Source: an uncultured Chitinophagaceae bacterium (GTDB lineage: Bacteria; Bacteroidota; Bacteroidia; Chitinophagales; Chitinophagaceae). From it: a stretch of 42,627 nt of DNA. The translations under genes and the position numbers were made by a program. Position 1 is the stretch's first letter. Each line of letters starts with the position of its first letter. Positions 17,751 to 25,090 of this stretch are shown one piece after another. The notes under the pieces were generated by a model that was given only the letters and a program-made list of their open reading frames with translations, was not told the DNA's origin and did no database searches. The stretch lies in the NCBI GenBank assembly GCA_964612525.1, contig CAZTCQ010000001.1:24904-67530 (forward strand), written 5' to 3'.

Positions 17751-18272
17751 TTATTGCTTTACAAATTTTGCTTTGTGAGTCGTGGTACCTGTATCCGTAA
17801 TCACGGAATAATTCATAAAAAATGTGGAAGTGTCTGATACTCCAACTTTCATTCCACTCCCCGCAATGGTGTCAGTTGCTCTACAAAATATTTGACCGTC
17901 TCCTACGATGGTGTCTATTGTAAAAGTCAAAAAGCGCGAGGCAGTCAGTTTAACGTTTGCGTTACACCTTCCTATAATCTCGAATCGCGTAGAATCTATT
18001 TTGTTGATGGTAGAAAATACAGAATCATAAGCGATAACTGCTCCGTTATCATTTAGGGTAGAATCTTGCCAAACGTAATTCCCTTCAAACACATCGGCAG
18101 GGTAGAAGCATTGTGAATTATCAGGTACGCCCGGAAAGCCCCAATTAAAGTTAATCGCCGCGGGGTCATTGCAATAGGGATTGTTAATCCTAGGATCTGT
18201 AATAGGCTCAGGATCCTCATAGGGCTTACAAGCCGCAATGAGAAGTAGGAAAAAAAATATACTATTCCGCAT
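17751..18272 (-). CDS. Hypothetical lipoprotein, co-transcribed with ribE
   Basis: The track ORF runs to 18383. I prefer ATG 18272 (MRNSIFFFLLLIAAC, a classical lipobox), which has a -7 box 9 nt upstream. Its stop is 1 nt from the ribE start. I recognise no domain. Confidence 0.6.
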   Translation of the reverse strand: MRNSIFFFLLLIAACKPYEDPEPITDPRINNPYCNDPAAINFNWGFPGVPDNSQCFYPADVFEGNYVWQDSTLNDNGAVIAYDSVFSTINKIDSTRFEIIGRCNANVKLTASRFLTFTIDTIVGDGQIFCRATDTIAGSGMKVGVSDTSTFFMNYSVITDTGTTTHKAKFVKQ

Positions 18273-18281
18273 AAAGAAAAG

Positions 18282-18289
18282 CAAAGTTA
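18282..18289 (-). promoter_or_regulatory. Bacteroidota -7 promoter box (TAnnTTTG)
   Basis: The minus strand reads TAACTTTG, 9 nt before ATG 18272. Confidence 0.4.
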
Positions 18290-18375
18290 GACCCAAACCA
18301 CTAGCTAGAAAGCTTAAAATAGCTCTAATATTGTTTGTGAACTGCTTGATAAGAACGAAACATTCCATTTCATTT

Positions 18376-18407
18376 TTTGCCAAAGTTTAAATTAAGAACT
18401 ACATTTG
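18376..18407 (+). promoter_or_regulatory. rpsU promoter: -33 TTTG plus -7 TACATTTG
   Basis: TTTG at 18376-18379, a 20-nt spacer, then TACATTTG at 18400-18407. This matches the Bacteroides/Flavobacterium sigma-A consensus TTTG-N19-21-TAnnTTTG. The leader is about 40 nt. Confidence 0.55.
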
Positions 18408-18440
18408 CGACCCGAATAAACGGGAAATAAGATAAATATA

Positions 18441-18445
18441 AAGGA
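18441..18445 (+). promoter_or_regulatory. Shine-Dalgarno-like AAGGA in front of rpsU
   Basis: AAGGA lies 5 nt before ATG 18451. I inspected the 15 nt upstream of about 15 other starts in this window and saw no GGA core. Confidence 0.5.
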
Positions 18446-18450
18446 AAAAT

Positions 18451-18648
18451 ATGTTGGTAATTGATTCTAAAGACTGTGAAAGCATTGATCGCGCCCTTAA
18501 AAAGTATAAAAAAAAGGCAGACAGAACGCAGCTTATCAAGAAATTGAGAGCAAAAAAGCATTTCACGAAACCATCTGTAAAACGTCGTCATGAAGTGTTG
18601 AAAGCAATTTATGTGCAACAGTTGGAGTCTGGTAAAATACAGAAATAA
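18451..18648 (+). CDS. rpsU: 30S ribosomal protein bS21
   Basis: 65 aa. ..ESIDRALKKYKKK..LRAKKHFTKPSVKRR.. is a typical basic bS21 sequence. Confidence 0.93.
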   Translation: MLVIDSKDCESIDRALKKYKKKADRTQLIKKLRAKKHFTKPSVKRRHEVLKAIYVQQLESGKIQK

Positions 18649-18696
18649 GAAAAACAGCTACCCAAAGCTGCAGGGGTTATCCCCAATACGATACAA

Positions 18697-18724
18697 TCCT
18701 TACCCACACGGGTGAGGATTTTTT
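18697..18724 (+). terminator. Rho-independent terminator after rpsU
   Basis: UCCUUACCC-ACAC-GGGUGAGGA forms 9 bp including one G-U pair, followed by U6 (18719-18724). Confidence 0.75.
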
Positions 18725-18790
18725 ATGTTAAGTCAAGTCTATTCTTGGTTTACTTTTAGAAATGTATTGTCCTTCCGATACAAACGAAAA

Positions 18791-19687
18791 ATGAAAGATT
18801 TGCAGTCAAAGTTTATGGAGTACTTGCGTTTTGAAAAGCGTTATTCAAAGCACACTATAACGGCCTACAGTAAAGATTTAGCTCAGTTCAACCAATTTAT
18901 GACGACAACCTATGAACTGTTGGAAGTACAAAAAATAAAGCGTAATCATATTCGAACTTGGATGGCTGCTCTTCAGGAGGATAAAGTATCACCCCGAAGT
19001 ATTCATAGGAAAATTTCAACACTGAGCTCTTTTTTTAAATACATGCGGCGCATAGAAGCAATAGATGTTTCTCCCATGCTCAATATTATAAAGCCGAAGT
19101 TGGAAAAGCGCCTAGCCTCGTTTATCAGAGAAGATAAGATTGATAATGTATTAAAAGAATCTTCCAATGATAAAAAAGCAGAAACAATCGCTGAGATGAA
19201 TCCTCAGTTAATTATTGAAATATTGTATCAAACAGGAATGCGGCGAAATGAAATACTTACCTTAACACTAAAAAATACAGATGTTCAAAAACGAGAGCTG
19301 AAAGTGTTGGGTAAAGGAAATAAGGAACGAATTATTCCAATAAATTCTGAGCTCAGCAATTTAATCGAAAGTTATGTCACCCTAAGAAATAAAGTCGCCG
19401 TAGAAGAAAACCCTTATTTACTAGTTTTGCCAAACGGTAAGAAGCTATATCCTAAATATGTTTACAATACAGTGAAGAAGGTCTTAGAAAACACTACCAC
19501 ACTCAATAAAAAAAGTCCTCACATTTTGCGGCACACCTTTGCCACACATTTACTAAATGAAGGTGCTGATATAAATGCCATCAAAGAGTTGCTCGGTCAT
19601 TCGAGCCTGGCGGCTACTCAAATCTATATGCATAACGGAATTGAGAAACTAAAAAATGTACATAAGAAGGCACATCCCAAAGCGTAA
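18791..19687 (+). CDS. Tyrosine recombinase, XerC/XerD-like
   Basis: The track ORF starts at 18725, overlapping the rpsU terminator. I prefer ATG 18791 (MKDLQSKFMEYLRFEKRYSKHTITAYSKDL, a typical Xer N-terminus). The catalytic signature is present: GMRRNE, HILRHTFATHL, LGHSSLAATQIYMH. Confidence 0.85.
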   Translation: MKDLQSKFMEYLRFEKRYSKHTITAYSKDLAQFNQFMTTTYELLEVQKIKRNHIRTWMAALQEDKVSPRSIHRKISTLSSFFKYMRRIEAIDVSPMLNIIKPKLEKRLASFIREDKIDNVLKESSNDKKAETIAEMNPQLIIEILYQTGMRRNEILTLTLKNTDVQKRELKVLGKGNKERIIPINSELSNLIESYVTLRNKVAVEENPYLLVLPNGKKLYPKYVYNTVKKVLENTTTLNKKSPHILRHTFATHLLNEGADINAIKELLGHSSLAATQIYMHNGIEKLKNVHKKAHPKA

Positions 19688-19712
19688 GGTTGTAGTTTCA
19701 CAATAGAAATTT

Positions 19713-20483
19713 ATGAACATAGAGATCACAATACTAGGGTCCGGCACCTCGCAAGGAGTACCTGTCATTGCTTGTGATTGTAATGTTTGCGTCAGTGCTA
19801 ACCCCCTAGACAAACGCTTACGTTCTTCTGTACATATAAACGTTGATGGCGTATCCATTGTAATAGATACTGGGCCAGATTTTCGGCAACAGATGCTCCG
19901 AGAAAATATTCAACATCTTGATGCTATTTTGGTTACTCATTCTCATAAAGATCATGTGGCAGGCCTTGATGACGTGCGCGCTTATAATTTCAAGCAAAAA
20001 AAATCGATGGATCTTTATGCGAGCCAAGCTTGTTGGGATCGATTAAAAATGGAGTATGATTATGTGTTTGCCAGCAAAAAATACCCTGGAGTTCCGAGTA
20101 TAAATGATGTAGTAATTAATGAAACGGAATCATTTTTTGTTCAAGGGATGGAAATCATTCCCATTTTAGTTTGGCACTATAAAATGCCTGTTTTTGGATT
20201 TCGCATAGGAGATTTTACGTACGTCACTGACGCCAACAGAATTGACGAAAAAGAATTCGAAAAAATAAAAGGCTCCAAAGTCTTTATCTTAAACGCCTTG
20301 CAAAAGACTGAGCATATTTCTCATTTTACGCTGTCAGAGGCCATTGCCATAGCCGATAAAGTAGGGGCTGAGCAAACTTATTTTACTCATATTAGTCATA
20401 AACTGGGAAAACATGAGGAGGAAGATAGTCTCTTGCCACAGAATATGAATTTAGCCTTCGACGGTTTGAAAATTAAATGCTAG
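19713..20483 (+). CDS. MBL-fold metallo-hydrolase (PhnP-like)
   Basis: 256 aa. It has ILGSGTSQGVP, a CDCNVC cysteine cluster and an HSHKDHVAGLDD (HxHxDH) motif. Confidence 0.8.
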   Translation: MNIEITILGSGTSQGVPVIACDCNVCVSANPLDKRLRSSVHINVDGVSIVIDTGPDFRQQMLRENIQHLDAILVTHSHKDHVAGLDDVRAYNFKQKKSMDLYASQACWDRLKMEYDYVFASKKYPGVPSINDVVINETESFFVQGMEIIPILVWHYKMPVFGFRIGDFTYVTDANRIDEKEFEKIKGSKVFILNALQKTEHISHFTLSEAIAIADKVGAEQTYFTHISHKLGKHEEEDSLLPQNMNLAFDGLKIKC

Positions 20484-20501
20484 CTATTATCTTTAAGCCG
20501 A

Positions 20502-21722
20502 ATGAACGAAGGTAAAAAGCCAATTATTGATGTGAGTTATAGTTACAATGTTTTGGAAGAATCATTGGAGTTATTGAGCAATCGAAAAGATTTATTTATC
20601 GGGATTCCTTGCGAACTTCATTATCAAGAAAAACGCGTTCCGCTAACTCCAGCAGCTGTTTCGGTCTTGGTTAATAATGGCCATAAGGTTTATATTGAAA
20701 CAAAATCTGGAATGGGAGCTAGTTATGAAGACAGTGACTATTCTGAGGCGGGGGCCAAAATATGCTATGGTAAAAAAGAAGTTTTTGACGCCGATACCAT
20801 TATTAAAACGGCTCCAATTTCTGATGAAGAATTAGACTATCTTAAGCCGAAACAAAAAGTGCTTTCTCCTCTTCATTTGCCTAAAATGAGTAAAGAACAT
20901 TTGCAAAAATGTCTGGACAAACAGATAGTCGGCATTTCTCTGGCAGATATAAAGGACGAAAATGAAAATTATCCCATTGTTCAGTCCATGAGTCAAATCG
21001 CAGGTGTCTATGCGATTCAAGCCGCAGCCAATTTATTAAATATAAATAATGGGGGTAGAGGGATTCTTCTTGGTGGAGTTACCGGTGTCCCGCCTACTCG
21101 TGTGGTGATTTTAGGAGCGGGTTTAGTAGCCCTACATGCTGCAAGAGCGGCTATTGGCCTAGGAGCGAACGTTCAAGTTTTTGATACATCGGTCAATCGT
21201 CTCATGCGTCTGCAAAATGATTTGAATCAAAATATATACACTTCTATTTTAGACAATGTTTTCTTTCAGAATGCTTTATCCAAAGCCGACGTTCTCATTG
21301 GAGCGGTCAAACCGAAACGAGGAGTTGTGCCTATGATTGTTACGGAAGAAAATGTCCAGCAAATGAAAAATGGATCTGTGATCGTTGATGTAAATATTGA
21401 CAAAGGCGGCTGCATAGAAACTTCGCAAATGACGAGCCATGAAGCCCCAACCTTTTCTAAATACGGAGTCACACATTATTGTGTGCCCAATATGGCGTCT
21501 GGAGTACCGAGAACAGCTTCTCAAATGATTAGCAACATTATCATGCCGCTAGTGCTCGAGGCCTTTAATAACGAAGGCGGCTTTAGTCGTATGATACTGA
21601 ATAAACGAAATATAATTCATGCGGTATATGCCTATGAAGGCAAGCTAACTCATAAATCTTTAGCTGACCGTTTTGACATGAAATACACCCATTTAGACTT
21701 AATTTTGCCCAGCAATTATTAA
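20502..21722 (+). CDS. Alanine dehydrogenase / PNT-family NAD(H) dehydrogenase
   Basis: 406 aa. It has E.RV.LTPAAV, a Rossmann loop VVILGAGLVALHAARAAIGLGANVQVFD, and VDVNIDKGGC. Confidence 0.75.
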   Translation: MNEGKKPIIDVSYSYNVLEESLELLSNRKDLFIGIPCELHYQEKRVPLTPAAVSVLVNNGHKVYIETKSGMGASYEDSDYSEAGAKICYGKKEVFDADTIIKTAPISDEELDYLKPKQKVLSPLHLPKMSKEHLQKCLDKQIVGISLADIKDENENYPIVQSMSQIAGVYAIQAAANLLNINNGGRGILLGGVTGVPPTRVVILGAGLVALHAARAAIGLGANVQVFDTSVNRLMRLQNDLNQNIYTSILDNVFFQNALSKADVLIGAVKPKRGVVPMIVTEENVQQMKNGSVIVDVNIDKGGCIETSQMTSHEAPTFSKYGVTHYCVPNMASGVPRTASQMISNIIMPLVLEAFNNEGGFSRMILNKRNIIHAVYAYEGKLTHKSLADRFDMKYTHLDLILPSNY

Positions 21723-21747
21723 GTAAAAAACTTCAATAGATTAAAGA

Positions 21748-22095
21748 ATGAACAAAGGAAAAGCCGGATATAATATGCTGATGATTTTATCAGCCGTAGA
21801 CAATGAATTTCAAAAAGAAGAAAAGGAAGTTATTGAGCGTTTTGTAAAAAAAATGTGGAATAGCGATTATGATGAAGCTGCTTGGTCAAAATCTATTCAA
21901 GAACTCTCTTCCGAGGATTGGATGCCACGTTTTAGAGAATGTCAAGATTATTTTTATGCAGAAGCTAGTGAAAGTGAAAGGAATGAGTTTCTAAAATTTG
22001 CTGTTGAATTAGTAAAGGCGGATGATGTGATTACAGAAGAGGAGAATGAATTTTTAAAATCACTCTTTGATGCTTGGGACCCCGATCATCAGTAG
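21748..22095 (+). CDS. Small TerB-like (tellurite-resistance TerB / DjlA-N fold) protein
   Basis: 115 aa, acidic and helical. MLMILSAVDNEFQKEEKEVI and LVKADDVITEEENEFL resemble the duplicated TerB helix-pair motif. The assignment is tentative. Confidence 0.5.
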   Translation: MNKGKAGYNMLMILSAVDNEFQKEEKEVIERFVKKMWNSDYDEAAWSKSIQELSSEDWMPRFRECQDYFYAEASESERNEFLKFAVELVKADDVITEEENEFLKSLFDAWDPDHQ

Positions 22096-24107
22096 TTTGT
22101 AGCTACGGTTGGTTCATTCATGTTTAATGCCTTGTCTACATTGCCCACATTGAATATATAAAGCCCTAATTCTTTAGCGGCTTTGGCTGTTTCTTTATAA
22201 GAAAACATTTGCTGTTGTACGATTGTGTTTTTTTGATAAGAAGTTTCAAACGAAATAGTTTTATATCCTTGTTTTGTTCCAAACTTGACATAAACGTCAA
22301 TGGCATCGGTAGCCGTTTTATTTTTATCAATCCAATTTACGTTCATCTTTTTTAGATAAGCAAGAATTTCTTTTTCTTCATCAGTATCAGCCTTTGCTTG
22401 CAGTCGCATAGCAACACGTAACGACTGAAATGGAATGAGCTGAGGATAGTCTTCGTAAGCTTTATGTATGTACAGTTGGGCATTCGTTTTGTCCTCAGCT
22501 TTTTGAAGACACTGAGCGTAGGCAAGGTAGACGCGACTAAGAAATAAATTCTCATATTCTGTATCGATATCCGTTCCAGTGAGTACTTCCTTTAAATCTT
22601 TCATTGCCTTTTGGTAATCACCTTTTTCCATAGAAAGTCGCGCAATAAAATATTGATAGTACTTCCTCAGTTTAGGACGATTGTCTTCCTCAGCGTACTT
22701 TTTATATTGTTTTAAAAAAAAGTTTGTTGAAAAGTCATTAATCAAACTCCAGATTTCATCATAGGAAACCGTGTTTTCAGTAGAGAACAATTTATAAATC
22801 ACCAACTCCCTTTCAGGATTGGCCGCTAGTTGATTGATAATTAAAAACTGTAAACCAAACTTCTCAGTGCTTAATTGAGCAAGCTTGCTCAAGCTTGAAA
22901 AACTATACCACCAGGATCGTTTGGAGAATTTAATCTGCTGAATTTCTCTTTGCTTAATCACAAGCTGAAGCAGGGCATTGGTAAAATCATAATGACTTTG
23001 CCCTAAGGTTGTTCCGATATGAATTTCTTTAAATTGCTCCGCTTTTAAGGTGTGTTTTTTAGCTTCTTTTAGTTGTCCATCATAAAGTAATCCTCTCGCC
23101 AAGGCTATGTTATACCAGCCAAAACCCGGAGTCGTTCCATTGGCAGACATTATATCTTTAATTTCTTGAATACTTTCCTTAGGAAGCCCTCTATAAATAT
23201 TTAAGATAGAAGAGTAATAAAATGATTCATCAAGTCGCTTATCACCTTGGTCAATCTTTTTTGCCTGATTATAATAAAAAGTAGCCTCCCTAAATTTACC
23301 TTGAATGGCGCAATAGGTAGCGTAGTTATTTTCAGGAAAATAATAAGTTCCTTTGAGTTTATTGTAGGTTTTATCCGCCCGTTCAATATCCAATTGATAA
23401 CTGTACAAAATAGATCTGTAGTGCCAGACCGAACTCATGTTATCCGCCACATAATCTGATGAAAACATTTTATTATTAAAAACTGCATCGGCTTTTAGCT
23501 TTAAGACAGCCGAGTCCAACAACTTATTAGCGTATTGCTCGTTTTCTTCAATCGAGTTTTTTAAAAAACTATACTTTTTGCTAGTGTGAAATCTATTTCT
23601 ATGAACTGTCCAACCCAAATAGCAATATGTGTCTGCATAAACTTCGTGTTGATGATTTATTCTTTTGCTCCATTGTAAATGCTTCCATACTAAATCGGCC
23701 CGATCCATGTTACTGTAACAATTCATGAGGTGATAAACCATATAATCATAATCTCGACGGAGCTGATAGTGACGGTAGAATAACTCATACATTCCGGTGC
23801 GAGTAGTAATTTCTTTTTTAAAATCTTTATACAGAAGGTCTAACGCTTTTTGCAATTGTTCACCGGCTAATTTGAATCCACGATAGTCCGAGGCTCGCTC
23901 ATAACGATACGTCCCCTCATACATCCAACCCACATAGTAAGAACTGTCGATTCGCTTAAACTCACGAGATCGAGCCATTGCGTTTTCACTATTATAATAA
24001 ACCCCAATGCGCTTAGCATCAATCTCGTAGCGTTCATTGGACAAGGGAGCAGCTAAAAGACTACACGCCAATAAAGTCAGTGAAGTTATGAGGATTAAAA
24101 CTTTCAA
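22089..24107 (-). CDS. Orphan secreted helical-repeat (TPR-like), Tyr/aromatic-rich protein; last gene of the MoxR module
   Basis: 672 aa. The TTG start at 24107 directly abuts the MoxR stop (TAG at 24108-24110). The signal peptide is MKVLILITSLTLLAC, a possible lipobox. I recognise no catalytic motif. Confidence 0.7.
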   Translation of the reverse strand: MKVLILITSLTLLACSLLAAPLSNERYEIDAKRIGVYYNSENAMARSREFKRIDSSYYVGWMYEGTYRYERASDYRGFKLAGEQLQKALDLLYKDFKKEITTRTGMYELFYRHYQLRRDYDYMVYHLMNCYSNMDRADLVWKHLQWSKRINHQHEVYADTYCYLGWTVHRNRFHTSKKYSFLKNSIEENEQYANKLLDSAVLKLKADAVFNNKMFSSDYVADNMSSVWHYRSILYSYQLDIERADKTYNKLKGTYYFPENNYATYCAIQGKFREATFYYNQAKKIDQGDKRLDESFYYSSILNIYRGLPKESIQEIKDIMSANGTTPGFGWYNIALARGLLYDGQLKEAKKHTLKAEQFKEIHIGTTLGQSHYDFTNALLQLVIKQREIQQIKFSKRSWWYSFSSLSKLAQLSTEKFGLQFLIINQLAANPERELVIYKLFSTENTVSYDEIWSLINDFSTNFFLKQYKKYAEEDNRPKLRKYYQYFIARLSMEKGDYQKAMKDLKEVLTGTDIDTEYENLFLSRVYLAYAQCLQKAEDKTNAQLYIHKAYEDYPQLIPFQSLRVAMRLQAKADTDEEKEILAYLKKMNVNWIDKNKTATDAIDVYVKFGTKQGYKTISFETSYQKNTIVQQQMFSYKETAKAAKELGLYIFNVGNVDKALNMNEPTVATNY

Positions 24108-25085
24108 CTACGAAATTTTAAGACCGTTCAGTCGATTTAACTCAGTATCAATGATTACTTGAAGTGCATTGGTTTTAGCTTCTTGACTTCGGTATTCCAA
24201 ACGATGTTCTAAAACTGGAACACTCAATTTTTTAATATCATCCTCTACCACATAAGTCCGATTTTGCAAATAAGCATAGGCTCGGAGACATTTTAAAAAA
24301 ATAATCCCACTCCTAGGAGAAGCGCCCAACATAATACCGCTATGCTCTCGAGTGGCTCGAATAATATTGCTTACGGCTTTAATTATTTCTGAGTGTACTT
24401 CTACTTTTTCGGCAGCACGTTGTGCTTCTACAACTTCATTTAAATTGATTACATCACTCAAGTTTTTTAGATTACTATGAATATTCTGGTAGTTGCTATA
24501 AATTTCTATCTCAGTTTCTTCATTTACATAACCAAAATGAATTTTCATAAAAAAACGATCCAATTGAGCTGCAGGTAGAGGGTAGGTTCCTTCCATTTCA
24601 ATTGGATTCTGCGTGGCGATTGTAAAGAATAATTCTTCTAATTGATACGTTTTATCACCCATGGTAATCTGATTTTCAGCCATGGCTTCAAGGAGAGCAG
24701 ATTGCACTTTGGGTGAGGCTCGATTTATTTCATCGGCCAAAAGTACATTGCAAAATAGCGGCCCCTTTTTGAAAACAAAGTCCGTATTTCGTTCGTCAAA
24801 TATGAAACTGCCTAATAAATCCATAGGTAATAAATCCGGTGTAAACTGAACTCGTTTAAATTCGGCCCCTCCACCGATTGAACGAGCTAAGGTCTTAGCC
24901 AGAACTGTTTTACCCGTCCCCGGATTGTCTTCCATAAGAATATGGCCTCCGGCAATGAGCGCCGTAATTACCAATTCAACTTGTTCAGATTTTCCCTTAA
25001 TGATTTTTTCAAGGTTCGTTGCCAAACGATCAATTGAACGCGGAGCAGTAACAATGGGTTCTTGTGTTTCGTTTATTGATTCCAT
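24108..25085 (-). CDS. MoxR-family AAA+ ATPase
   Basis: 325 aa. Walker A is GTGKT (EDNPGTGKTVLAKTLA) and Walker B is LLADEINRASPKVQSALLEAM. The length and motifs fit the AAA_3/MoxR family. Confidence 0.92.
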   Translation of the reverse strand: MESINETQEPIVTAPRSIDRLATNLEKIIKGKSEQVELVITALIAGGHILMEDNPGTGKTVLAKTLARSIGGGAEFKRVQFTPDLLPMDLLGSFIFDERNTDFVFKKGPLFCNVLLADEINRASPKVQSALLEAMAENQITMGDKTYQLEELFFTIATQNPIEMEGTYPLPAAQLDRFFMKIHFGYVNEETEIEIYSNYQNIHSNLKNLSDVINLNEVVEAQRAAEKVEVHSEIIKAVSNIIRATREHSGIMLGASPRSGIIFLKCLRAYAYLQNRTYVVEDDIKKLSVPVLEHRLEYRSQEAKTNALQVIIDTELNRLNGLKIS

Positions 25086-25090
25086 ATCAT

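Noticed and set aside
17750-18450. FMN riboswitch upstream of ribE
   Set aside because: ribE starts 1 nt after the upstream lipoprotein gene. The 18273-18450 intergenic region holds only the two divergent promoters and shows none of the conserved FMN-element helices.
18791-19687. Tyrosine recombinase as the marker of an integrated mobile element
   Set aside because: The N-terminus and catalytic motifs are XerC/XerD-like. Its position directly downstream of rpsU is, as far as I recall, a conserved chromosomal arrangement in Bacteroidota. I saw no flanking direct repeats, tRNA target, excisionase or cargo genes.
19713-22095. MBL-fold hydrolase, Ald-family dehydrogenase and TerB-like genes as a functional system
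   Set aside because: They are separated by 18-25 nt and are co-oriented. I see no established functional link, and each looks like an ordinary stand-alone metabolic or stress gene.
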